The position numbers and the translations under genes were made by a program. From Macrostomum lignano (Eukaryota), in NCBI GenBank assembly GCA_002269645.1, contig NIVC01003498.1:1-39346 (forward strand): 39,346 nt of DNA, in the 5' to 3' direction. The first letter of the stretch is position 1. Each line of letters begins with the position of its first letter. The notes under the pieces were generated by a model. That model had not been told where the DNA came from and did no database searches. It was given only the letters and a program-made list of their open reading frames with translations. Positions 1 through 12,338 of the stretch are shown piece after piece.

Positions 1-1075
1 TTCAAAATCTCACTCTGTATGTGTCCGATTCAAAATCTCACTCTGTATGGTGTCCGATTTCAAAATCTCACTCTGTATGGTGTCCGATTTCAAAATCTCT
101 CTGTATGGTGTCCGATTTCAAAATCTCTCTGTATGGTGTGTCCGATTTCAAAATCTCACTCTGTATGGTGTCCGATTTCAAAATCTCTCTGTATGGTGTC
201 TGATTTCAAAATCTCACTCTGTATGGTGTCCGATTTCAAAATCTCACTCTGTATGGTGTCGATTTCAAAATCTCACTCTGTATGGTGTCCGATTTCAAAA
301 TCTCACTCTGCATGGTGTCTGATTTCAAAATCTCACTATGGTGATTTAAAATCTCACTCTGTATGGTGTCCGATTTCAAAATCTCACTCTGTATGGTGTC
401 TGATTTCAAAATCTCACTCTGTATGGTGTCCGATTTCAAAATCTCACTCTGTATGGTGTCTGATTTCAAAATCTCACTCTGTATGGTGTCTGATTTCAAA
501 ATCTCACTCTGTATGGTGTCTGATTTCAAAATCTCACTCTGTATGGTGTCCGATTTCAAAATCTCACTCTGTATGGTGTCTGATTTCAAAATCTCACTCT
601 GTATGGTGTCTATTTCAAAATCTCACTCTGTATGGTGTCTGATTTCAAAATCTCACTCTGTATGGTGTCTGATTTCAAAATCTCACTCTGTATGGTGTCC
701 GATTTCAAAATCTCACTCTGCATGGTGTCTATTTCAAAATTCATCTATGGTGTCTGATTTCAAAATCTCACTCTGCATGGGGTCTGATGTCAAAATCTCA
801 CTATGGGTCTGATTTCAAAATCTCACTCTGCATGGGGTCTGATGTCAAAATCTCACTATGGGGTCTGATTTCAAAATCTCACTCTGCATGGGGTCTGATG
901 TCAAAATCTCACTATGGGGTCTGATTTCAAAATCTCACTCTGCATGGGGTCTGATTTCAAAATCTCACTCTGCATGGGGTCTGATTTCAAAATCTCACTA
1001 TGGTGTCTAATTTTAAAATCTCACTCCATGTGGTGTCTGATTTCAAAATCTCACCTTATATGGTGTCATTTCAAA
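1..1075. repeat. Minisatellite array, ~30-bp unit GATTTCAAAATCTCACTCTGTATGGTGTCY with 28-bp variants; runs off the window start
   Basis: Tandem units read directly, degenerating towards ~1075. ORFs 19..642 and 363..812 are its translations. Confidence 0.97.
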
Positions 1076-2159
1076 ATATTATCTTACTACAAACTTATTA
1101 ATCTCCACAATGTTTGTACTTTAGCACACATGTCTATATTCGAATGTCTTTATAAAACTTAGGCATTAAATTGAATTGACCACACTGGCACAGAGGTATA
1201 TTTGATTCACACTCTACTTAACCCGACAGATGCATGTTCCGTGAAGGTAAACCTAGCCCAAGTCTATGTTTGCATTCAGAATAATTATTTTTTCCGGTGT
1301 TTGGGTTGCTTTTGTTATACCGAATTTGCTTGGTGATTGGTTTATTTTAACAAAAAAATATTGAATTTTACTGATATTTGATGAGCAAATTAACTACCCT
1401 TTTCATTTCAGAATTGGCTAGTAACGCCTTGATTCCGCATTGTGAATTCTGTGCGGCTACCTTCAGTAGTATGTTCTGCAAATGTTGCGTTTTACTTTTA
1501 AGTCAATTTACATTGATTGAAAAAATCTCGCCATTAAAATAATGTAACCTTACTGTAAAGCGTTGTCTTGCACACGTGCCTTAACTAGCTGATAATTGTA
1601 TTGCTATTCAATTCTGTTGAGAGCCTACCTACTACTAGTCTATATATTACTACTGTTGTTGTCATGCCAGCTGTTAATATTGTTCTGTTGATCTATTGTT
1701 GACTCTCATTTTGTGTTCTCAATTCTTTCCTCCCTGTGGTCGGTGCTCGCTTATGTATTAATAATAAATAGAAGTTGTATTATTCATCTTATTTAATTAA
1801 TGCATGCCAATTAAAAGCAGAAAAAATGTAAATTTATATCTACTATTAGTAGAGTAGTATGGGGAAATGTTGATTTTTTATTTATATAAAAGAAAAATTC
1901 TGAATGCTGTGTTTAGTTTAGTTACAGGAGTATGTGTTCTATCATTGAATTTCTATAAATAGCGAAGTTAGTGTCCATTACTCATTGACAAGTCAAAACA
2001 GATCTTAGAAAAAAACTACGGACCACGGTAGATATGTCACTGGCAAAAAAAGTTTTAAAATATTGTGAAAAACGCAGAACGTCAACTTATTTTCAGTAGT
2101 TAATTAATTAAATTGATTTCCTTCCTCAAGAGCATTGAACAAAAACTTTTAACTCAATG

Positions 2160-2870
2160 GGGGTGGGCAGGCCAGCTCAGCCAATGAGAGAGCAGTAAGG
2201 AGAGAGGTCAAAGTCAGTCGGACGAAACTTTGCCTGGGGGGGCAAGGCCAAATCTAGCTCAGCCAATAAGAGAGCAGTAAGGAGGCTCTTCATATTGCTT
2301 GTTCTGGTTCTAGAACCAGAACCAATTTGTAAAGTATAACTTTTTGTCTCCTAAACTAGAGGGATTTTAGTGCTTTAAAATTGTGATTATTGGATGGCAA
2401 TAGCCAAGAAGAAAGTGAAAAATTGTGCAGAGTGAGGCTGTTAAGGCAGTCAAACATTCAACAAAGTTAAAAAGTTATACTGCTTTTTTTCTTGGAAATC
2501 CGAACCGATTCTGGTTCTGGAATCGATTGCCGTGAAGAGCCTCAAGGAGAGAAGTCAAAATCAAGACACAAGCGGGGAGAGAGGAAAGGAAAGCCAAACT
2601 GTTCATCGACCTGGCTGGTGGCTGTGGCGCCACCCCTATCTCTTGCTCGCTATGCTCACGCACAGTTGGGTGCAGCTTCAAACAGGGTGAAGATGCTAGA
2701 AGATGCTCTGCTTGAAGAAAGCCAGAGGCAATTGTTGCAGCTTTAAAACTTTAATATATCTGTAAATAATCTTATTTAATTTTACTAAATATTTCTATTA
2801 AGGCAAAAAGGCTGATTTTGCTACTGAAAAAGAGTAGACGAGTGCAGTTTTGCAAGTGACATACAGTTAT
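2160..2870 (+). repeat. Dispersed repeat copy 1: two CCAAT-containing ~82-bp units plus a shared AT-rich tail
   Basis: AGCTCAGCCAATGAGAGAGCAGTAAGGAGAGAGGTCAAAGTCAG, GGAAAGCCAAACTGTT and TTTTGCTACT.AAAAAGAGTAGA all recur in the same order and orientation at 37742-38215. Confidence 0.8.
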
Positions 2871-3452
2871 TCCAATGTGTGGCTAAACCATTAGATAAGA
2901 GAATGACTGCTTCACCAGTCAGCTTTGTGACAGTAACATAATAGTTGCTATGGCGGCCATATAAAATACTAGAATTATTAAGAGCTGAAAGTTCCTTCAA
3001 ACACTGTGGAAGCCTGGAGTGGTGTAACCGTCATCCTAAAATATCTGTTGAGAGTTTATACGCTAATAAAGCCAGAGCATACCTGTACATGTTGAACGAT
3101 ATTGCACACAGATTACAGGCGAAGTCAACTTTGATTGTATAATAAAAATTAGAATCTATTAAAATATATGCCAGTAGATATGAATATCTATGTAAAAACA
3201 GTCTGACTGTACATCTAGATTGACGGGGAAAGCAAATACTTGAAGCAGAAATGTGCAGAAGAAATCGATATCTTTCTAAGAAAGAATCGACTTGTCGGAC
3301 ACGTTGATAAAAATCATCAAAACTTTACAAAACAGAATAGAAAAGAGATCGGGATGAAGCATAAGTGCGGGAATATGTAGGCTGCTTCGTTTTAAAAATG
3401 ATTATAAGCATGAAAATCTTAGAAAATTAGGTATAAACTGCACGGAATTACA

Positions 3453-3670
3453 CGATTTAGGGGCGATTCTTGAAGTGCGATTTAGGGGCGATTCTTGAAG
3501 GCGATTTAAGGGAGATTTTTGAAGGCGATTCAGGGGCGATTCTAGAAGGCAGTTTAGGGGCGATTCTTCAAGGCGATTTAAGGGAGATTTTTGAAGGCGA
3601 TTTGGGGGCGATTCTTCAAGACGATTCAGGGGCGATTTAGGGTCCACGTGGGGGATTCTTGAAGGCGATA
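3453..3670. repeat. 24-bp minisatellite CGATTTAGGGGCGATTCTTGAAGG, ~8 copies, downstream of the EHBP1 stop
   Basis: Tandem units read directly. Confidence 0.9.
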
Positions 3671-3767
3671 GCTTCAAATTGATCAGCATGGCTTAGAATG
3701 AGTGAAAAAGCAACGAAATCAACAAATTAAAGCGATGCCGGATAGAAACTCCAGGCTAAAAGACTGA

Positions 3768-6700
3768 TTATTGAACGGAGCAAGTCCGGCCGCTACCGGC
3801 CCCGCTGCCCCTGTTCAGCCGCTCCATGGCCTTCCGCTCGATGTCCAAGTCTTTGACAATCTCCCTCTCGTGCAGGTCCATCTCGCGGACCACTTCGTCC
3901 CGCTTGCGCACAATGTCCATCAGGTCGCGCAGCAGCAGGTCCTCTCGGCGCCGCTCCTCGTCGGTTTTCTGCCAATCCTCTACGCTCATGACGCCGCGGA
4001 GCTCCAGTTCGAGCATCCGGTAGCGCTTCTCGAGGTCCTGCTCCTGATCCAGCATGTCCAGCTGGCGGGCCCGCCTGATCAGCGCATTCTTCTTGTTCAC
4101 CTGGGATTACGTTTGTGAGGATTTGTGAGTTTAATAGGACAAAAATCTCGAATTTGTCATTTAATCTCTGTAATTAGCTTTGAATTTCAAAATCTCACTC
4201 CTATGTAGCTTCAAATTTCAAAATCTCATCCTCTATGTAGCTTTGAATTTAAAAATCTCACTCCTGTGTAGCTTTGAATTTTAAAATCTCACTCCTATAT
4301 AGCTTTGAATTTAAAAATCTCACTCCTGTGTAGCTTTGAATTTTAAAATCTCACTCCTATATAGCTTTGAATTTCAAAATCTCACTCCTGTGTAGCTTTG
4401 AATTTTAAAATCTCACTCCTATATAGCTTTGAATTTTAAAATCTCACTCCTATATAGCTTTGAATTTAAAAATCTCACTCCTATATAGCTTTGAATTTAA
4501 AAATCTCACTCCTGTGTAGCTTTGATTTTTAAAATCTCACTCCTATATAGCTTTGAATTTAAAAATCTCACTCCTGTGTAGCTTTGAATTTTAAAATCTC
4601 ACTCCTATATAGCTTTGAATTTCAAAATCTCACTCCTATGTAGCTTTGAATTTCAAAATCTTATCCTCTATGTAGCTTTGAATTTCAAAATCTCACTCCT
4701 GTGTAGCTTTGAATTTCAAAGTCTCACCCCTATTTAGGTTTGAATTTCAAAATCTCACCCTATGTAGCTTTGAATTTCAAAATCTCACTCCTGTGTAGCT
4801 TTGAATTTCAAAATATCACTCCTATGTAGCTTTAAATTTCAAAATCTCATCCTCTATGTAGCTTTGAATTTCAAAATCTCACTCCTGTGTAGCTTTGAAT
4901 TTCAAAGTCTCACCCCTATTTAGGTTTGAATTTCAAAATCTCACCCTATGTAGCTATCTCATCATATCTCACCGTAATCTCACCATATTGGCACACAATA
5001 ATATACAGCATCAACCAACCAATTGAAACCACTGGGTCAGCAGGGGCTGCTCCTCGTCCTTGGAGCCGCTGGAGCCGCACAGCACGCCGCGCAGCCGTTT
5101 CTCCAGCACCTCCGCCTGACTGTCGATGTCGCTCTGTTCCGCTTCCAAAGCCAGCCTCTCAGAAGCAACGTAGGCGGAAGTGTCCAGCACCCGGTTGAAA
5201 TTCGACAGCACCGTTGACGACGGCCTGGCCGCGTCCTCATCATTGTCCTCGTCCTCAGCATCCTCCACGGTTTTCTCCTCATCGCCGCTGAAACCTCTTT
5301 TCCTCTCTTCGTCGGCCTTCTTCAGCGAAGCAGCGCCGCTCTTGGCTGCCGATTTGGCGTCGGATTTCAGCTGGAAGTTGGCGCCGCTCTGCCTTACGGT
5401 CGACCCGGCCGACACCTGATCCCGGACGGTGCCGTCAGTGTTGTAGCTGCTCAGCAGGCGGATCTCCTTGGCGGCCCGCGTAGCCAAATCGCGGTCGCGT
5501 TCCCGGCGCAGCTCTTTGAAACCGCGGCCGGCGCTCGAACTTGTTGGCAAGGCGGCGGGGGTGGCTGTCGACAAACCGGCGGAGTCGGTTTTCGATTTCG
5601 GCATCTGCTGCTGCTGTTGCTGCTTGACCACCTGTCCTGAGGCCTGGTCGACTTGTTTAGCAGTAGTCTGCAGCTTCTTAGCTTCATCAGTATGGTCCGT
5701 ATTATCACCATTGCCATCGCTGTGATCAGCATCCTTGTCCTCATCCGGCTGGGCCAGGGTGTAGCTGCTCTCCGACGAGGCCAGACGGGACACCAGGCGA
5801 ATCTCCTGATTAGTGAAATGCGCCCGCAGCTGGTGCAGGAAAGTCATCACCAGCAGCTGGTCCGGGATGGTCTTCATCACCATGTCGGCCGGGTCCATCA
5901 CCCTGCAGAGGTTGGGGGCAAAGGTGCAAGCATATCTGGTGGACAGGGGATTCCCGCTTAGGGGGAATCTCATCCTTAATGAACAGGTGATCCCCAGCAA
6001 TGGGGAATCCCTGCAGGGTGGGTAATCCCTGGTTACTGGGATCGCTGGTCTCTATAATAGACAAGCGATTCCCAATCAGGGAGAATCCCATCTCTACAAT
6101 AGACGGGTGATCCCCAATCAAGGAGAATCCCATTTCTATAACGGACAGGTGATTCCCAATCAGGGAGTATCCCATCTCTATAACAGACAGGTGATTCCAA
6201 ATCAAGGAGAATCCAATCTCTATAACAGACAGGTGATCCCCAATCAAGGAGAATCCCATTTCTATAACGGACAGGTGATTCCCAATCAGGGAGTATCCCA
6301 TCTCTATAACAGACAGGTGATTCCAAATCAAGGAGAATCCCATCTCTATAATAGACGGGCGATCCCCAATCGGGAGAATCCCATTTTTATAAAAGACAGG
6401 TAATTCCAATCAGGGAGAATCCCATCTCTATAACAGACAGGTGATCCTAATCAGGGAGAATCTCATCTCTATTAAAAATAGACAGCTTACCTCGGCACGC
6501 CCAGCTGGTGAGCAGCCTCAAAGGCCCGCCTATTATTCTCGCGCAAGTCGTGCGCTTTCAGCCCGGCGAATTCCAGCAGGTCGGGCCGGTGGTGATGAAT
6601 GATGGCGCAGAAGGCCAGGCCGTTACGAAACGATGTCGTGAGATTGTTGACGAATACGCCTCTGTTTCTGTAGCCGGCTGTGACGGACTGGGCCCAGGCG

Positions 6701-8572
6701 AGCAAATCCTGAGATAGTACATAAGGCGATGGTTACTATGTCCACAGATATTGAAGAGTGAAAGGGGAGTGCTTAGACGAGTAGTGACAGGCGCTAGTGG
6801 AGCGAGAGGGCTTGATTGGGAGATGCTCGGAAAGGGATTGGGTCGCTAGGAGTGCTCAGAAGAATAGTTAGAAGAGTGCTTAGATAAGTGCATAAAATCT
6901 AGATAGAAAAGTGACAAGACAAACAGATGTCACCTGACTGGCCGCCGAGCCGACCACCTCCGTGGGGGCGGCATGTCCGCCTGTTGTTGCTGCAAACGGC
7001 AAGCTCGGAGAGGCCGGCGACGCGACGAAGGCTGCTTCAGCGGCCGCAGCGACGCCAGAAATCTTGCCCGCGTCGCCGTCGTTAGTCGGCGTGCCGGTCG
7101 GCGATTCGTCGTCAGCAGCAGCAGTGGCAGCCGCGCCGCCGGTTGCCTCGGTGTCGGCGTCGAGGCCGCGAAGGCGCTCGACAAGCCGGTTGAAGCTGGC
7201 GTCGTTGTCGCTGGGTGACGGGACGTCAACTTCGTCGTCAAAGTCGCGCAGGTTGGCGATCTCAGAGCTGCCGCCCGCGCCGGCGCCCGTCGCCGCTGCG
7301 GCGCCGCCTCGTCCAGCGCCGCCGGAGTCTCGCCGGCTGTCATTCAGAGACATCAGAGAGGCGATGGACACCATGTCCTCGTCTTGGGCGTCTCTCTCTT
7401 TGTCGAGCAGCACGGAGTGCAGGGTCAGGGACAGCGTCACTGACGTCACCTGGCAGGTGCATGGGGAAAGCGATGGGCGTGACCAACACTGATAGCTGTG
7501 TATAAAAATTCACTGAGGATCTGGGAGGCTGGCCCAACAACTGAGGATCTGGGAGGCTGGCCCAACAACTGAGGATCTGGCAGGCTGGCCCGGCAACTGA
7601 GGATCTGGGAGGCTGGCCCAGAAACTGAGGATCTGGGAGGCTGGCCCAACAACTGAGGATCTGGGAGGCTGGCTTAACAACTGAGGATCTGGGAGGCTGG
7701 CCCAGCAACTGAGGATCTGGGAGGCTGGCCCAACAACTGAGGATCTGGGAGGCTGGCCCAACAACTGAGGATCTGGGAGGCTGGCCCAACAACTGAGGAT
7801 CTGGGAGGCTGGCCCAACAACTGAGGATCTGGGAGGCTGGCCCAACAACTGAGAATCTGGGAGGCTGGCCCAACAACTGAGGATCTGGGAGGCTGGCCCA
7901 GCAACTGAGGATCTGGGAGGCTGGCCCAACAACTGAGGATCTGGGAGGCTGGCCCAACAACTGAGGATCTGGGAGGCTGGCCCAGAAACTGAGGATCTGG
8001 GAGGCTGGCCCAGAAACTGAGGATCTGGGAGGCGGAGGCTGGCCCAGAAACTGAGGATCTGGGAGGCTGGCCCAGAAACTGAGGATCTGGGAGGATTTGA
8101 AATGAAAAGTCGAAAGGCTAGGAGAGGAGGGCCTCACCTTCTTGCTCCCGGGCTTCAGTTTCACTGTCAGAGGAGTCTGCTTGGCCTCGCCGTTGCTAAC
8201 GCACAGCTTCTGCAGATCCACCGGACGCGAAGCGATGGCCTTCCGTCTGCCGTTGGCCATCTGGTCCTCCACCACAAAAGTCCACTCCTTGCTCTCGTAT
8301 TCGGCTCGCTTAGGATCGCGATACAGAATAGAAGTGATCTCCACGTTCTCTGGCGGCTCCCAGGACACGCAGCACTGGCGCGGGTTGGCCAGGCTGGCGG
8401 TCCACACGGCCGGGTCCGTGGAGTAGCGCCGGTTCCGCCGGGTCCAGACCACCACCAGGCGGTGCGGCTGGTAGGCGCGGCCGCACTCCACGGTCAGGCC
8501 GTGATAGCAGGCCGTCAGCTGGAATTTCGCGGCCTTCTTGCCGACCCGCTGGAGCCGCTTCCAGACGCTCAT
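3768..8572 (-). CDS. EHBP1: EH domain-binding protein 1 (NT-C2, CH, bMERB coiled coil, C-terminal CaaX), 794 aa, 5 exons
   Basis: Exons 8572-8138, 7449-6934, 6708-6491, 5902-5020 and 4100-3768; all introns GT..AG and phases match (2385 nt). Recognisable motifs: MSVWKRLQRVGKKAAKFQ (NT-C2), SQDLLAWAQ..TTSFRNGLAFCAIIHH..MDPADMV..PDQLLVMTFLHQLRAHF (CH), QWFQLVNKKNALIRR..DLEKRY (bMERB), ending CSVQ (CaaX). A 3' splice site lies 8 nt before the ATG (AG at 8582-8581). Confidence 0.93.
4172..4960. repeat. 31-bp minisatellite TAGCTTTGAATTTCAAAATCTCACTCCTRTR filling EHBP1 intron 4
   Basis: Tandem units; shares the core TTTCAAAATCTCACTC with the 1-1075 array. Confidence 0.95.
5945..6485. repeat. 42-bp minisatellite GGTGATTCCCAATCAGGGAGAATCCCATCTCTATAACAGACA filling EHBP1 intron 3
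   Basis: Tandem units; 14-aa periodicity in ORFs 5810..6409 and 6107..6403. Confidence 0.95.
7512..8097 (-). repeat. 28-bp minisatellite CCTCCCAGATCCTCAGTTGYTGGGCCAG (~21 copies) filling EHBP1 intron 1
   Basis: Tandem units; the same unit occurs on the plus strand at 26893-27187 and 27972-28655. Confidence 0.97.
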
Positions 8573-8589
8573 TGTTAGGCCTGCGGGAT

Positions 8590-9722
8590 GGACAGATGGA
8601 CAAGAGCATTGCAGGGACAGGGAGATCTTGGCACCCTACAGAATGTACAGGGAGAACACGGCACCCTACAAGAGGGGCAGGGAGATCACGGCAGCCTACA
8701 AGATGGGCAGGGAGATCACGGCAGCCTACAAGATGGGCAGGGAGATCACGGCAGCCTACAGGAGGGACAGGAAGATCACGGCAGCCTACAGGAGGGACGG
8801 GGAGAACACGGCAGCCTACAGGATAGACGGGGAGAACACAGCGGCCCACAGGGAGATCACGGCAGCCTACAGGATAGACGGGGAGAACACGGCAGCCTAC
8901 AGGATAGACGGGGAGAACACGGCAGCCTACAGGATAGACGGGGAGAACACGGCAGCCTACAGGATAGACAGGGAGAACACGGCAGCCTACAGGATAGACA
9001 AAGAGAACACGGCAGCCTACAGGATAGACAGGGAGAACGCAGCAGCCCACAGGGAGAACACGGCAGCCTACAGGATAGACGGGGAGAACACGGCAGCCTA
9101 CAGGATAGACAGGGAGAACACGGCAGCCTACAGGATAGACAGGGAGAACGCAGCAGCCCACAGGGAGAACACGGCAGCCTACAGGATAGACAAAGAGAAC
9201 ACGGCAGCCTACAGGATAGACAAAGAGAACACGGCAGCCTACAGGATAGACGGGGAGAACACGGCAGCCTACAGGATAGACAGGGAGAACGCAGCAGCCC
9301 ACAGGGAGAACACGGCAGCCTACAGGATAGACGGGGAGAACACGGCAGCCTACAGGATAGACAAAGAGAACACGGCAGCCTACAGGATAGACAAAGAGAA
9401 CACGGCAGCCTACAGGATAGACGGGGAGAACGCAGCAGCCCACAAAGAGAACACGGCAGCCTACAGGATAGACGGGGAGAACGCAGCAGCCCACAAAGAG
9501 AACACGGCAGCCTACAGGATAGACGGGGAGAACGCAGCAGCCCACAAAGAGAACACGGCAGCCTACAGGATAGACGGGGAGAACTCAGCAGCCCACAAAG
9601 AGAACACGGCAGCCTACAGGATAGACGGGGAGAACTCAGCAGCCCACAAAGAGAACACGGCAGCCTACAGGATAGACAGGGAGAACACGGCAGCCCACAG
9701 GGATAACACGGCAGCCTACAGG
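8590..9722. repeat. 30-bp/21-bp compound minisatellite (GAGAACACGGCAGCCTACAGGATAGACGGG) just upstream of the EHBP1 5' splice acceptor
   Basis: Tandem units; alternating 30+21 bp units near 9420-9660. Confidence 0.96.
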
Positions 9723-10490
9723 CGCAATATAGCTATACCATAGCTTTACCAATTAATACACAATACAGTTGTGAAGTAAGTCTAACACAAACAAGAAGTC
9801 GCGTGAAACCGGCATTTTTATTCTGCAGCATTCGCCCCACAGGTTTATTTATTGTAGAGCAATAATTACTACCGAGCTGGCTGAAACAATTTGAAGAAAT
9901 CGAGTGACAAATGAGAGTGACTGCGAGGGCTTGAGAGAGACAGCTGGCTAACACTGCGGGGAGCTAGAATTTCAGTCTTAAAGATAGGACTACGCTATAC
10001 TGGCAAACAATAAAGCTTATTTATATTACTATTATAATAAACAATAGTGCATGCAATTTCTTTTAGGAACACAAACTAATGCGTGTATATAGTAGTAGTA
10101 GTAGTATAATGACTAAATTTAATATCAAATAATGCCGGTAGACACAACCAGAAACATTTTGTCAGATTTTAGACACACACAAGACGGAAAGAAATGGCCA
10201 AATCAAAGAACAACGAGAGAGAGAGAGAGAGAGAGAGGCGCGAACTAGCCGAGTTAGGAACAGCAGAACCTAGCGATGAAGAAGGTGATAATGAAGTCAA
10301 TTTACTAATTTTTCATATCATTATAACCTCAAGGACCACTTCACAAGTTAGAGAGAATTTAACGCTTTAAATACTTATGCCAAATATGAATAAATATAGC
10401 TAATATTCTAATATTATTCAGTGAAACTAGGGGCTTATTTTCATATTCCACTTTCAGTAGGGAATATGGATCATAAAGCAATTTTTCATT

Positions 10491-10637
10491 AAAATCTTAT
10501 AGGAATTCCCCAGAAGAATTTTATAGGAATTCCCCATGAGAATCTTATAAAAATTACCCATGAGAATCTTTTAGAAATTCCAATTGAGAATCTTCAAGTA
10601 ATTCCCCATGGAAATCTTTAAAAAATTCAAATCAGAA
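10491..10637. repeat. Degenerate 24-bp tandem repeat (GAGAATCTTATAGGAATTCCCCAT), ~6 copies
   Basis: Imperfect tandem units read directly. Confidence 0.7.
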
Positions 10638-11540
10638 TCGCAGAGAAATTTCCCGCTATGTTAATAAATTTGCTACACAGCTAGCACAGGCTTCTCCCAG
10701 CCCTAGTGATCCTTGTGTGCAAAACCGCAGACACAGAGCTTAAAAACAAACAAACAAGAGAAGAAAAGACAAAGGAAAGCATGTTAAATGGTCTCGCCAC
10801 CCTAAATGAAAATAAATATGTAACTAGTTTTATAATAAAAAAGCAGCCACAAAAGCAGACGAAGAAGACAATTCAATACAAGAATTATTACTATTAAAAA
10901 TGATTAACAATTTGAAGAAGACAAAAAAACAAGAAAAGCGCTCAACAGTTCCAAGCAGAGAAGGGGCAGAAGCAGAGAGGGATAAAGCAAAGTCAATTAA
11001 AACACATTCAACACTGATAAGCATGCGGCGGGAATCTCCAAGTCACCACCAAATTAGCAATATAATAATAACAATAGTAAATAATAAAAACAAAAAACAC
11101 AGAACATGACATAGAGAAATTTCAAAAACAATTCTTCAAATAGATTCTAAATCAGACCGTGAATGCCTACAGAACTATCTCATAAATATGATTGCCCAGT
11201 TTCAACTGACTTCCGTAAGTCAAAGAATCTCACTCACTACTACTCTACAGTAGTGAAATGGTGCTAACAAGAACAGACAATGGGACACAAAAAAGAATCA
11301 CCGAATATTTAGGGGCAAAAGGCTTGCAAGGCGATGCGCGGTAGATCCCGGTTTTTTTGCTGATTGCTTTTTCAGCAAAAGATTTCTATTATTAAATTTG
11401 AACACAACAGCAACACGATAAGAAATTCTTCTGGCACCAAAAAAGTTTTGTTTGAGTGCATTTCAAAATAGTTAATAAAATGAATTGCTTCAGTCTATTG
11501 CTTAGAGTAGTACAGCGAACATTAAAATTGAAAAATGGAT

Positions 11541-11546
11541 TTTATT
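11541..11546 (-). promoter_or_regulatory. Candidate KDELR polyadenylation signal AATAAA
   Basis: TTTATT on plus, ~155 nt downstream of the KDELR stop. Confidence 0.5.
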
Positions 11547-11699
11547 TTTTTACTCTAAAAGTCAAAACTTATTATTTTCGCGAATTAACCTACTCACCTA
11601 TAATTAGTACACAATAAATTGATTAATTAATCAATCAAGATAATATATAGTTTCAGAACTAGGTATTATTGGTTTCAGTGTTCGTTCTTTATATATAAT

Positions 11700-12338
11700 T
11701 TAGGCTGGCAAACTGATGCTGCGGCCTTTGAGCACTTTGGTGACGTACAGGTAGAAGAAGTCGCCGTATAGGCAGGTTTGGACACAGCCAGCCACGATGG
11801 CGATAAGATCAAAGAAGTTCTCGGCATAGTAGCGGTAGATCCAGTTCAGAATGTACAGACCACGATAGGCGCCCAGGGCGAACAGGTAGTGCGAAGTGAT
11901 CGTCTCAGCTTCCCCAGTTTTAGTGATGAGGAACAGTTGCGGCAGGATAGCAACAGATTCTAGGTAGATGCTGAAAGTCCAGAGAATCTCCAGCACAGAG
12001 AATTCGTGATTAACAATCAGGGCAAGCAGGGCGCAGGGTATCACGGTGAATTCCAAGCGGAACGAATCGTGATTAGAGTCGTAGGTTGCTTTGAACTTGA
12101 AGTACATCAGATAGAGCGTAGCAACGCTGGACCCGATAAAGAACACCTTCATCAGGGTGTTGTACAGGCTGACAAATGTGGTGAACAGATCCAGGTAGCG
12201 AGTGATGAAAACCAGACAGAAGCACATCTGAGACTTGCCAGAGATTCCGGACACTGAGCGACTTTTCCACATTTTCAATAACAGCAAGATGATGGCGCCC
12301 AGATGGGACATGTCACCAACTAGTCGGAAAATATTCAT
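11700..12338 (-). CDS. KDELR: ER lumen protein-retaining (KDEL) receptor, 212 aa, intronless
   Basis: Full-length ERD2 sequence: [89 protein letters not shown]. Paralog number not assignable. Confidence 0.98.
   Translation of the reverse strand: MNIFRLVGDMSHLGAIILLLLKMWKSRSVSGISGKSQMCFCLVFITRYLDLFTTFVSLYNTLMKVFFIGSSVATLYLMYFKFKATYDSNHDSFRLEFTVIPCALLALIVNHEFSVLEILWTFSIYLESVAILPQLFLITKTGEAETITSHYLFALGAYRGLYILNWIYRYYAENFFDLIAIVAGCVQTCLYGDFFYLYVTKVLKGRSISLPA

Noticed and set aside
1-1075. CRISPR-like appearance of ~30-bp repeats (also 4172-4960 and 7512-8097)
   Set aside because: Units are head-to-tail with no unique spacers, there are no cas genes, and the context is spliced eukaryotic genes.
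1180-1545. Donor/acceptor pair (1247, 1410) and a Cys-rich peptide HCEFCAATFSSMFCKCC
   Set aside because: The spliced frame hits a stop quickly and no family could be assigned; too weak to call.
4926-7505. Plus-strand and alternative-frame ORFs overlapping EHBP1 exons
   Set aside because: Shadow ORFs of GC-rich coding sequence, with no recognisable motifs.
7340-8137. Pro-rich extension of the 410-aa ORF and similar ORFs at 26859-28721
   Set aside because: Read-through into the 28-bp intronic array; a GT donor at 8137 and AG acceptor at 7450 give a proper EHBP1.
8310-9743. Long ORFs of 411, 401 and 372 aa on both strands
   Set aside because: Translations of a 30/21-bp minisatellite whose units are multiples of 3 and stop-free; upstream of the EHBP1 splice acceptor; no domain content.
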